Assembly: GCA_965222895.1 (NCBI GenBank)
Contig: CBDCVB010000002.1
Coordinates: 1,349,663 to 1,413,662 of the forward strand
Length of the DNA: 64,000 bases
Reading direction: 5' to 3'
Source: Dehalococcoidia bacterium
GTDB lineage: Bacteria; Chloroflexota; Dehalococcoidia; Lucifugimonadales; UBA3495
Shown: in pieces, positions 41,142-49,960 of the stretch
How the letters are laid out: the number at the start of each line of letters is the position of its first letter
How positions within the stretch are numbered: position 1 is the first letter of the stretch
The notes under the pieces: model-generated
What the model was told of the DNA's origin: nothing
The model's input: the letters and a program-made list of their open reading frames with translations, nothing else
Database searches by the model: none
Made by a program: the position numbers and the translations under genes

Positions 41142-42275
41142 CTAGATGAACGCCATCTGCTCGAACGTGCCGTTCACGATGGGTTGGGCATCCAGGCCCA
41201 TCCACTTCTCCAGGAGGGTGGAGTAGAGGCCACGGAAGTCGTTGTTGAAGTGCAGGTCGCCCTCCAGGAGCTTGTCCTGTTCCAGCGAGGGGTATTCGCC
41301 GTAGAGGCCGCCCTTGACCGACTCACCGACCATGAAGGCTACGCCTCCGGAGCCGTGGTCGGTGCCGGAGCCGTTGTCGTGAACCCGGCGTCCAAACTCG
41401 GTGAAGACCAACAGCACCACGTTGTCGCCAGCGTTGTGCTCCTTCAGATCGTCGTAGAAGTCGGCAACCGCGTGGGAGGTCTCGTTCCACAGCCTAGTGT
41501 GGTTCAATAGTTCGCCGGCGTGGGTGTCGAAGCTGTTGTAGGGCGCCGTGGTGTAGAACACCCTGGTGCCCAATCCGGCCAGATGCACCTGGGCGATGTT
41601 GCGCATATACTGGGCAACGGTGTCGCCGCCGTACTCCACGCTGGAGGAATACATGGCGGGGGCGGTGCTGAGAATGTCAGCGCCTTCCAGCGCGTCCAGT
41701 CCGGTATGAGCGAAGTAGTCCAGCACCGGGCCCTGGCCGATCATGGGCGAGTAGACCCGGGAGAACACGTCGAGGGCCTTGGTTCGCTGATCTTCCATTT
41801 CGATGCCGGTCAGCACGCCGTAGGTCTCGAGGTTGCCTACCGAAGCCACGGGGACACCGGGGGCCACCAGGGACCGGGGGAGACCGCGCCCGAAGTTGAC
41901 GCCGGTGAGCACGTTTTCCTTCTGCGGGTCAAGGTCGCGCACGGCCCGACCCAGCCAGCCCTCATCGCCCACTTTGTCAGGCTCACAGGTGTGCCAGATG
42001 TCCATGGAGCGGAAGTGGGAACGGCTCGGGTTGGGGTATCCGACGCCCTGGATGATGGCGACCTTGCCCTCATCGTACAGACGCTTCATCGGCCCCATTG
42101 CCGGGTTGAAGCCAATCCGGTCGTTGATAGGAAGGACCTGGTCGATTGGAATTCTTACGTTGGGCCGGTTGTCCAGATACAGGGGATCGCCGTAAGGGAC
42201 GATCGTGTTCAGTCCGTCATTGCCCCCTGACAACTGGAGGACCACCAGCACCGGGTCTTTTTTGGTGGATGTCAT
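41142..42275 (-). CDS. DUF1501 domain-containing protein (sulfatase-like fold)
   Basis: ..VLVVLQLSGGNDGLNTIVPYGDPLY..IIQGVGYPNPSRSHFRSMDIWHT..GTDHGSGGVAFMVG... It lacks the usual twin-arginine leader. Confidence 0.8.
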   Translation of the reverse strand: MTSTKKDPVLVVLQLSGGNDGLNTIVPYGDPLYLDNRPNVRIPIDQVLPINDRIGFNPAMGPMKRLYDEGKVAIIQGVGYPNPSRSHFRSMDIWHTCEPDKVGDEGWLGRAVRDLDPQKENVLTGVNFGRGLPRSLVAPGVPVASVGNLETYGVLTGIEMEDQRTKALDVFSRVYSPMIGQGPVLDYFAHTGLDALEGADILSTAPAMYSSSVEYGGDTVAQYMRNIAQVHLAGLGTRVFYTTAPYNSFDTHAGELLNHTRLWNETSHAVADFYDDLKEHNAGDNVVLLVFTEFGRRVHDNGSGTDHGSGGVAFMVGESVKGGLYGEYPSLEQDKLLEGDLHFNNDFRGLYSTLLEKWMGLDAQPIVNGTFEQMAFI

Positions 42276-42293
42276 TTCTTTAGTCCTCCTCGG

Positions 42294-43700
42294 TTACGCG
42301 AATAGGTACTCGGTGGTGGCCACGATGGACTGTAGCATCTGGCCAACCCTTTGGCCGAACTCGTCGGATCCAGTCTGCAACTCGCCTTCGCCGCGGGCCA
42401 GCGACACCAGCTCGGTGCGGGTGACATCGGCCAACTCGTATGCGCCCAGCATATCCAGGCAGCCGTCGACCAACTGTTCGGGCGAGATGGTGGCTCCCTG
42501 GGAACCCAGGCGGCTGATGATGGCCTGCACTCCACGGTGGGAGGTGTTACCCACTGCGTCGGCGGTGAAGTTGATGCGCTCGACCAGGGTGCCGCTGTCG
42601 ATCCACTCCCGTCCGGTATGCCAGCCCTCCACCGTCGGAGGGTTGAGCAGATCCTGACCCATGTAACGAATGGTCAGGGTCATGGCGTTCAGGCCGGGTT
42701 TGGGCATATCGAAATCGCCAACCAGGCGCATCGTGCCGACCACCGTCTCGGTGGGGCTCTTCACCTTGGTGAAGCGGGCATCCTTGAAGAAGTCGGAGTT
42801 GAAGAGCACCCGCAGCATCGAGCGGACGTCATAGTTGGAGCGGAAGTACTCGTCCTCCAGCATCTTGACGGCTTCGGGGTCCCGGGGTGGAGTGTCCTTC
42901 CATGCGGGAACCTGGGGCTCGTCAGCGACGAAGAAGTTGTACAAATGCCTGGCAATGAACCTGCCGGCGCCGGGCTGCCTGGCGATAATGCGGACGACGT
43001 CCTCGCCGTTCCAGTTGCCGGATTCGCCCAGGAACGTCTTCTCGCCATAGTCGTGGTCGGACGGATCGTAAATGAAGGCCGCTTCGTACTTGCCGTAGGG
43101 GTACCTGGGCACCGAGTTGGTAACTGTCCATCCGGTGAAGGCGCGGGCGCACTCCTGGACGTCATCCTCGGAATAGTTGTCCAGACCGTCCATTCCGACG
43201 CCCAACGAGAACAATTCCAGGAGCTCGCGGCCCCAGTTCTCATTGATGGCGTCTTTGTGGCTCATGCAGTTGTCCAGGTAGAACATCATTGCCGGGTCCA
43301 TGGACAAACCCAGGAGCAGGTCGTGGAAGTTGCCCATGCCCATGGTGCGGAACATTTCGAACTCAATTTGCTGCTGCTTTGGATACTCGCACTTGGCGTG
43401 TCCGGTGCAGAAAATCTGGTGCCAGAAGAGGGCAATCTTTTCCTCTAGCGGGCGCTTGGTGTTGATCATCCGGAAGGTCCATTCTTCCTGTTGACCCTCC
43501 AGTCCGGCCTGGGAAACCCACTGTGGCTGATAGCGCATCAGAATGTCGCGCTCAATCTCCGGCTGCGTATCCGGATTCAGCAATTCCTCCACAGTGGCCT
43601 CGTAGCCCTGGGCGACACGGGCTTCCAGTTCTTCATACGTCGCCCCAAAACCAGCGCGGCGCATCAAGTGAGCCATTAAAGCGATGTCTTTGTCTGCCAT
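42294..43700 (-). CDS. DUF1800 domain-containing protein
   Basis: ..HLMRRAGFGATYEELE..LFWHQIFCTG..MMFYLDN..NENWGRELLELFSLGVG... It is paired with DUF1501, as is usual for this family. Confidence 0.75.
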   Translation of the reverse strand: MADKDIALMAHLMRRAGFGATYEELEARVAQGYEATVEELLNPDTQPEIERDILMRYQPQWVSQAGLEGQQEEWTFRMINTKRPLEEKIALFWHQIFCTGHAKCEYPKQQQIEFEMFRTMGMGNFHDLLLGLSMDPAMMFYLDNCMSHKDAINENWGRELLELFSLGVGMDGLDNYSEDDVQECARAFTGWTVTNSVPRYPYGKYEAAFIYDPSDHDYGEKTFLGESGNWNGEDVVRIIARQPGAGRFIARHLYNFFVADEPQVPAWKDTPPRDPEAVKMLEDEYFRSNYDVRSMLRVLFNSDFFKDARFTKVKSPTETVVGTMRLVGDFDMPKPGLNAMTLTIRYMGQDLLNPPTVEGWHTGREWIDSGTLVERINFTADAVGNTSHRGVQAIISRLGSQGATISPEQLVDGCLDMLGAYELADVTRTELVSLARGEGELQTGSDEFGQRVGQMLQSIVATTEYLFA

Positions 43701-44142
43701 TCTTTCTCCTCCTGAATACGTCTCAACGGTTGTTACTCGGCAACCCCGTTTCTTTTACGGTTTCCTACCGCGTGCATCCATACCGAGGTGGTATACGCAA
43801 GTGATTACCCGTTTAGCACCGCAATATAGATCGGCTTGCGTCGGTCCCTTTTCTGGTACCGGCACCATCGTATGCTTAACGTTGACATACGTCAACATTT
43901 TGGAAGCAGGTCAGGGCATACCAAACGCCACCGATAATTGAACGGCGCCAGTATATGGTGACGAAATCCTTTGACGCCATGGCGATGACGCCAAGATGAT
44001 TCCCGCATCGGTGCGGGTTGGTTTCGGCACTTCCGCAGCGGCAGCCGGAGGATTCCCGTGCTGCGATTACAGGACAAATTCTGGCCCTGAACCTCCTTCA
44101 ATCCGACTCTGAATAATCCAACTCTAACCCAACGATCCGACT

Positions 44143-44532
44143 CTAACCCAACTCGGCGATGGCCTCTATCTCCACGTCCAGGTCGTCCTCGGCCAGGGCG
44201 GTGATTTCAACCAGAGTGTTGGCGGGGTATTCACCCCGGAAATACTCCACGAACAACGCTTCCTGCTCTTCGCGATGAGCCCGCCAGTGGGGAATGCTGG
44301 TGACAAAAGTGGTGATTTTGACTATGTCGGAGGAATCACCACCTTCCTCGGCTACGATCCGGGTGATTCTGTCCAGGGTGACCCTGAGCTGCTGCATCAC
44401 ATCTTTACCCTGAGCGTCGGTGCCGCGAGCGGTGCAGCCGGCAATGAACAGCAGGTTGCCGACTCGCACGCCACGGCTGAAGGTGGGCCCCGACGGGGCG
44501 ATATCCGGATAATTTTTCCTGACCTTCTCCAA
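44143..44532 (-). CDS. RidA/YjgF family protein
   Basis: ..GVRVGNLLFIAGCTARGTDAQGKD..QLRVTLDRITRIVAEEGGDSSDIVKITTFV..PANTLVEITALAEDDLDVEIEAIA. The probable start is TTG 44532 with AGGAGG 7 nt upstream. Confidence 0.75.
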   Translation of the reverse strand: MEKVRKNYPDIAPSGPTFSRGVRVGNLLFIAGCTARGTDAQGKDVMQQLRVTLDRITRIVAEEGGDSSDIVKITTFVTSIPHWRAHREEQEALFVEYFRGEYPANTLVEITALAEDDLDVEIEAIAELG

Positions 44533-44841
44533 GATTTGGCCTCCTGAGGCTGGAATGTCATCGGCCGGCTTTCCATAAACCCATGCCAAGCCGACGCCGT
44601 TCAAGGATACAGCGCACGGATGCATCAAGCACAACGGCCGAGACCATCGGATCACCGTAGTTCCAGATCCCACGTGCTGGCACGATGGGAGCAATGGCAC
44701 CACCGGCGCCGGTAGCTGAGGGAGTTCCAACGTAACGGTGAGACCGCCAGCCTCGAACATTGCCGCCGATGCAGGGTCTTTCGATTATCGGAACGTAGCG
44801 GTCAAAAGTGCGCTGTCGCCAGCGTTGGTCGATGCGGCGAC

Positions 44842-44870
44842 GAGATTGCCACGCTGCGCTCGCAATGACA
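44842..44870. repeat. solo unit of the MITE-like repeat, copy C
   Basis: GAGATTGCCACGCTGCGCTCGCAATGACA matches the internal unit GAGATTGCCACG..CTCGCAATGACA of copy A, in the same orientation. Confidence 0.6.
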
Positions 44871-44992
44871 TTCGGGGACAATCGAAAGACCCTGGCCGCC
44901 GACGGCCCTCGCGTTGACCCGGTATACCGCTAGTGCTACATTGACGGCATCGAGAGGGACTTACACGCCAGCTTACGGAGGGGGGCGCGAAC

Positions 44993-46111
44993 ATGGACTT
45001 TGGACTATTTAACACTTGGAACGCGTTATATGAGGGGGGCAAGGTTCCCTGGGACGCTGAATATAGCGGAGGGAAGCTCCTTGAGGAAGAGGCTTACGTT
45101 CAGAACTGGGCAGAGATTGACGCGGTAGAGCAGATGGGGTGGGACTACGTCTGGCTCGGGGGAGGACACTTCTCCAAGCAGGCGAGCATGGATCCCCAGG
45201 TCCTGATGCTATCCGCCGTGATAGCGGCCCGCACCGAAAGGATCAAAATTGGGTCATCCATCCACCGGCCGGTGATGAAACAGGCGGGTGAGACGGTGTC
45301 TGCATCAGCGCTTCCGCACGAGAGATATGGGTTCGACAACCTGATGATGGAGGACCCCATCCAGACCGCGGAGCAGGTCGCCATTGTTGACCAAATCAGC
45401 AAAGGCCGCTTCATTTACGGCGCCGGCGGGCGCACGCGTGGCTCCGATACGCGTCGCGAGCAGTTTTTCGAATACTTGGAAGTTATGAAGCAGCTTTGGA
45501 CCGAGGATCAGTTCTCCGGGTTCGAAGGCAAGTATTACAACTACCCGGCATTCTACGAGCCGTACCTGGCCATCCCCAAGCCCTACCAGAAGCCCTACCC
45601 GGCCATGCTGTTGCCAGTGGACAGCCAGGAAAGCTTCGTACCCATGGGAGAGCAGGGCTATCGCATCGCGGTGGGCGCGGGCAGCTCACCCCACAACCTC
45701 CGCGGAACCACGGTTCTGATTGAGGACGTGAAGCGCTACAAGCAGGCCTGGCGGGATGCCGGACACCCCGGCGAACCCACCACCGTGGTTCGCATACCGA
45801 CGCTGGTAGCCGACACGAAGGAAGAGGCCACACGCGAAGTTGACGCACTGATGAGTCTGGCCAGGCGGTATTACTCGGGCCGGGTGGGTATCGGGAGCAC
45901 CGATGCCGGCGCGGCGAGCCCAGATGCTACTGAGGAAGTAAACCTGTTTGGCACACCCGAGGAAGTGGTCGACAAGATCGAAGTCCTCCGCGAGGACTTC
46001 GGCACCGACGAGATCATGTTCGAGGTCAACTGGACTTCATCGGTGCCACGGGACGTGGTGATGAACACCATGCGAATCCTCACCGACAAGGTAATTCCGA
46101 AGTTCAAGTAA
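44993..46111 (+). CDS. LLM-class (luciferase-like) flavin/F420-dependent oxidoreductase
   Basis: MDFGLFNTWN..AEIDAVEQMGWDYVWLGGGHFS..VLMLSAVIAARTERIKIGSSIHRP..GRFIYGAGGR... Confidence 0.8.
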   Translation: MDFGLFNTWNALYEGGKVPWDAEYSGGKLLEEEAYVQNWAEIDAVEQMGWDYVWLGGGHFSKQASMDPQVLMLSAVIAARTERIKIGSSIHRPVMKQAGETVSASALPHERYGFDNLMMEDPIQTAEQVAIVDQISKGRFIYGAGGRTRGSDTRREQFFEYLEVMKQLWTEDQFSGFEGKYYNYPAFYEPYLAIPKPYQKPYPAMLLPVDSQESFVPMGEQGYRIAVGAGSSPHNLRGTTVLIEDVKRYKQAWRDAGHPGEPTTVVRIPTLVADTKEEATREVDALMSLARRYYSGRVGIGSTDAGAASPDATEEVNLFGTPEEVVDKIEVLREDFGTDEIMFEVNWTSSVPRDVVMNTMRILTDKVIPKFK

Positions 46112-46290
46112 ATCGCGGACTGAATCAATGGCTACCACCGGCGCGGTGGTGTGAATCAGGTCAGATGCCCGGGGGATTGCGCCACGCATTTCGCCGGGCG
46201 TTTGACTGATTATCGTTACTAGGCAGCGGGAGATGAGCGTCGGGGCCGTGTTTAGGATGGTCAATGTCTTGGAATCTGGAGGGTTTCTTA

Positions 46291-47261
46291 ATGGTGAATT
46301 TGGGGGCGATTGAAAAGGTTGACCTGCGGGAGGTTTGGCCGAACGAGGCGTCGGACTTTACTCCGTGGCTATGCGATAACCTGGACAAATTGGGCGCTGC
46401 CCTGGGGCTGGATTTGGAGCTGCAATCACCGGAAGCCCCGGTGGGCGCGTTTTCGCTTGACGTGCTGGCGCACGACCTGGGGAGCAACCGGCCGGTAATC
46501 ATCGAGAATCAATTGGAGGCAACCGACCACGACCATCTTGGGAAACTGCTTACCTACGCCGCCGGCTACGATGCTTATGCCGTCGTCTGGCTGACGCGGG
46601 AATTTCGGGATGAGCACCGGCAGGCGCTCGACTGGCTGAACCAGCGTACCGGAGACGACACCCAATTTTTCGGCGTAGTAGTCGAGGCCTGGAAAATCGA
46701 CGAATCTCGGCCGGCGCCACATTTCAGGCCGGTGGCTATGCCGAATGAATGGCAAAAGCGGACAGCCACTGAATCGGCAAAAAACAGTTTCGGTAATGTT
46801 TCCGAGAGGGGGGAACGCTATCGCGCGTTCTTTCAGAGTCTTATGGACACGTTGCGCGAGAAGCATCGTTTCACCAACGCCCGTAAAGGACAGCCGCAAA
46901 GTTGGTACAGTTTCAGTTCCGGGTATTCTGGGGTTGCCTACGGAGCGTCATTTTCGAGGGATGGAAAACCACTGCGTACATTGACATTGCCCGCCGAGAC
47001 ACTGCTAGCCGAGACGAAGAGTGGAATAAGCGGCTGTTCGATAGATTGGCGCAACGCACGGAATGTATCCAATCACAGTTTTCGGAAAAGTTGGTATGGG
47101 ATTACGTTGAAAACCGTTCGGTCTGCTACATCATGGTCGAACGCGATGGGCAAATTATCGATGACCAGGAGACGTTGAGCGAAATTCAGGAATGGATGGT
47201 GAAGCAGTTGCTGGCCTTCAAGCGCGTTTTTGGGCCGCATTTGGCGGAGTTGGTAAAGTAG
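46291..47261 (+). pseudogene. PD-(D/E)xK nuclease-like / DUF4268 protein gene, split by a 1-nt frameshift at an A-run
   Basis: ORF 46264..47178 (..FSLDVLAHD..VIIENQLEATDHDHLGKLLTYAAG..) switches to ORF 46902..47261 (..KTTAYIDIARRD..EEWNKRLFDRLAQRTECIQSQFSEKLVWDY..). Adding one A to the run at 46965-46968 restores ..ASFSRDGKTTAYIDI... Confidence 0.7.
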
Positions 47262-47311
47262 TGGGTGATACACTGGCAATTGTCAGCAACCATCATGCGA
47301 GGTGATTGGGT

Positions 47312-47698
47312 ATGGGAACATTCAACGTGGAATTGCGAATCGGCGCGCTTGATTTTTCGGCGTGGGAGACGGTTAGCGCACTGGCAGATACAGGTGCCAT
47401 ATATTCCATGGCGCCGGCCAGCCTGTTGCGTCGGTTGGGAGTGGAACCGGAGGAATCGGTGGAATTTGAACTCGCCGGCGGTGAGATCGTCCAATACGAA
47501 ACGGGGTATGCAGCCTTCGCCGTAATGGACAGGCTCGGCCGGGCACGGGTCATTTTTGGCCCGGATGGCGAATACCTGATGGGAGCAACTACATTGGAAG
47601 ACCTGGCGCTGATGGTCGATCCGGTGAACTATCGCCTGATTCCCACGAGACATTTGCTGAAACGGGAGTTTCCTACCAACGACTCTGAACCCGGTTAG
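47312..47698 (+). CDS. retropepsin-like (clan AA) aspartic protease, copy 1
   Basis: MGTFNVELRIG..VSALADTGAIYSMAPASLL..GEYLMGATTLEDLALMVDPVNYRLIP carries a DTG active-site motif. GAGGTGA lies 6 nt before ATG 47312. Confidence 0.7.
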   Translation: MGTFNVELRIGALDFSAWETVSALADTGAIYSMAPASLLRRLGVEPEESVEFELAGGEIVQYETGYAAFAVMDRLGRARVIFGPDGEYLMGATTLEDLALMVDPVNYRLIPTRHLLKREFPTNDSEPG

Positions 47699-47742
47699 AT
47701 TGCTGATGCGAAACATAGATTAACGATGCTTATAGATTAAAG

Positions 47743-48441
47743 ATGACTATTGAAGTTGGTGAATACGACGCAGCGCTGGCGCTGGCTTATGAAGCAGGGT
47801 GGACTGATGGGTTGCCAATCGTGCCGCCTACTGCCGAGCGGGTGCGGGCGTTTCTGGATGTGTCGGGTCGGTCGGCGCTGGAACTGGTTGGGGAGATACC
47901 GCCCCGCGGCGGGCGGGCCACGGTGGAGAAGCTGGCGACCAACGCGGTGATGGCGGGGTGTCTGTCGGAGTATTTTCCGGTAGTGATTGCCGCGATTGAG
48001 GCGCTGCTACTGCCGCGGTTCAACTTGGCATCGGTGCAATGTTCGACGCATATTGCTACACCTTTAGTGGTGGTGAACGGGCCGATTGCGCGGGAACTGG
48101 AGATGAATGGCGCCGGCAACTGTTTCGGGCAGGGCAACCGGGCTAACGCAACCATCGGGCGCGCGGTCAAGCTGGCGCTGACCAATCTGGGCGGCGCGCT
48201 GCCGGGCGACGAAGACCGCGCCACGTTCGGACACCCGGGCAAGTACACGTACTGCATTGCTGAAAACGAGGTGGAGAACCCCTGGGAGCCGTATCACGTG
48301 GAACACGGCTACCGCCCCAATGAGTCGGTGGTGACGGTGCATCCGGCGGAAGCGCCCCACAACCTGAACAACCACGGAGTAGAGCAGTTGATGGCCTTCA
48401 AGCGGGTGTTTGGCCCGCATTTAGCGGAGTTGGTGAAGTAG
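47743..48441 (+). CDS. truncated paralogue of gene X fused to a DUF4268-derived C-terminal tail (chimeric product of the duplication)
   Basis: Residues 8-213 are almost identical to ORF 48870..49898. After ..PHNLNNHG it continues VEQLMAFKRVFGPHLAELVK, which matches the end of the DUF4268 gene (..VKQLLAFKRVFGPHLAELVK). No obvious SD. Confidence 0.55.
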   Translation: MTIEVGEYDAALALAYEAGWTDGLPIVPPTAERVRAFLDVSGRSALELVGEIPPRGGRATVEKLATNAVMAGCLSEYFPVVIAAIEALLLPRFNLASVQCSTHIATPLVVVNGPIARELEMNGAGNCFGQGNRANATIGRAVKLALTNLGGALPGDEDRATFGHPGKYTYCIAENEVENPWEPYHVEHGYRPNESVVTVHPAEAPHNLNNHGVEQLMAFKRVFGPHLAELVK

Positions 48442-48492
48442 CGGGAGATGACCTCTGCAAGCGCCAACCTTCATAACCAGGAGGCAATCGGT

Positions 48493-48873
48493 ATGGGCAT
48501 TTTTAGCGTTGAGCTGACGGTGAGGAACCGCGATACCCTGGTGGGTGAGACGGTGACGGCAGTGGTTGATACCGCAGCAACGATTTCGGTTATGCCGGTC
48601 AGCTTGCTGAATCGGCTGGGCATCTCGCCGGCCAGGACACGCCGGTTTCGCCTTGCCAACGACCAGACAATAGAGTACCAAACCGGAATGGCGCTGTTTG
48701 CAACCGCCGGCAGGGACGGGGAAGCCAGCGTAGCTTTCGGGCCGGAAGACCGCTACCTGATGGGCGCAACCACCATTGAGGAACTGACATTCGTCGTTGA
48801 CCCGATACATAAGCGGCTGATTCCCGAGGATATGCTGCTGCTGCGCAGCCGGACAGAGAATGATGACAGATGA
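48493..48873 (+). CDS. retropepsin-like (clan AA) aspartic protease, copy 2 (DTA variant)
   Basis: MGIFSVELTVRN..VTAVVDTAATISVMPVSLL..DRYLMGATTIEELTFVVDPIHKRLIP. AGGAGG lies 8 nt before ATG 48493. Its stop overlaps the start of the next gene (ATGA 48870-48873). Confidence 0.7.
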   Translation: MGIFSVELTVRNRDTLVGETVTAVVDTAATISVMPVSLLNRLGISPARTRRFRLANDQTIEYQTGMALFATAGRDGEASVAFGPEDRYLMGATTIEELTFVVDPIHKRLIPEDMLLLRSRTENDDR

Positions 48874-49898
48874 CAATGGATAGCCACTACGACGCAGCGC
48901 TGGCGCTGGCTTATGAAGCAGGGTGGACTGACGGGTTGCCCATTGTGCCGCCTACTGCCGAGCGGGTGCGGGCGTTTCTGGATGTGTCGGGTAGGTCGGC
49001 GCTGGAACTGGTTGGGGAAATACCGCCCCGCGGCGGACGGGCCACGGTGGAGAAGCTGGCGACCAACGCAGTGATGGCGGGGTGTCTGCCGGAGTATTTC
49101 CCGGTGGTGATTGCCGCGATTGAGGCGCTGCTGCTGCCCCGGTTCAACCTGGCATCGGTGCAATGTTCGACTCACATTGCTACGCCGCTAGTGGTGGTCA
49201 ATGGGCCGATTGCGCGGGAACTGGAGATGAATGGCGAAGGCAACTGTTTCGGGCAGGGCAACCGGGCCAACGCAACCATCGGGCGGGCGGTCAAGCTGGC
49301 GCTGACCAATTTGGGCGGCGCGCTGCCGGGCGACGAAGACCGCGCTACGTTCGGACACCCGGGCAAGTACACGTACTGCATTGCTGAGAACGAGGTGGAG
49401 AACCCCTGGGAGCCGTATCACGTGGAACACGGCTACGGTCCCGATGAGTCGGTGGTGACGGTGCATCCGGCGGAAGCGCCCCACAACCTGAACAACCACG
49501 GAGCCGACAATCCCAGGGACCTGCTGACCACATTTGCGATGTCGATGGCGATACCAGGCTGCAACAACATCCACGTGATGGGCGACGTGCTGCTGGTGCT
49601 GGGGCCGGAGCACGCTGACATCATTGCCAGCGCCGGCTGGAGCAAGAATGACGTGCGGTCGTACCTGTACGAACTGGCGCGCCAGCCTCTATCCGTCCTG
49701 AAACTGGGCGGCATCCACGGGCGTCATGCCCACCGCAACACGCTGTGGCCGCGCTGGATCGACCGCAACGACGATGACGCCATGGTTCCGGTGGTGCGCC
49801 GTGCGGAGGATATTCACATTATGGTTGCCGGTGGGCCGGGCCGGCATTCGTTGTACATACCGGGCTGGGGTTCGCGGATTACGTCGGCTGCGGTTTAA
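48870..49898 (+). CDS. conserved-looking hypothetical protein X (342 aa), family not recognised
   Basis: ..AGWTDGLPIVPPTAERVRAFLD..EKLATNAVMAGCLPEYFPVVIAAIEALL..VQCSTHIATPLVVVNGPIARELEMNGEGNCFGQGNRANATIGRAVKLALTNLGG... It is translationally coupled to protease copy 2. Confidence 0.7.
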   Translation: MTMDSHYDAALALAYEAGWTDGLPIVPPTAERVRAFLDVSGRSALELVGEIPPRGGRATVEKLATNAVMAGCLPEYFPVVIAAIEALLLPRFNLASVQCSTHIATPLVVVNGPIARELEMNGEGNCFGQGNRANATIGRAVKLALTNLGGALPGDEDRATFGHPGKYTYCIAENEVENPWEPYHVEHGYGPDESVVTVHPAEAPHNLNNHGADNPRDLLTTFAMSMAIPGCNNIHVMGDVLLVLGPEHADIIASAGWSKNDVRSYLYELARQPLSVLKLGGIHGRHAHRNTLWPRWIDRNDDDAMVPVVRRAEDIHIMVAGGPGRHSLYIPGWGSRITSAAV

Positions 49899-49960
49899 TT
49901 TGCCCGGTTTGATTAACATGGATGAACAGGATGAAAAGGATACTGTTGGGAGGAGATTGG

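Larger units (their letters stand above)
47200..49503 (+). repeat. diverged tandem segmental duplication (copy 1 about 47200-48379, copy 2 about 48380-49503)
   Basis: Each copy carries the tail ..AFKRVFGPHLAELVK-stop, an intergenic stretch, a retropepsin-like protease gene and the first 213 or so codons of gene X. The X parts are nearly identical, the tails are clearly similar and the protease parts are strongly diverged. Confidence 0.85.
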
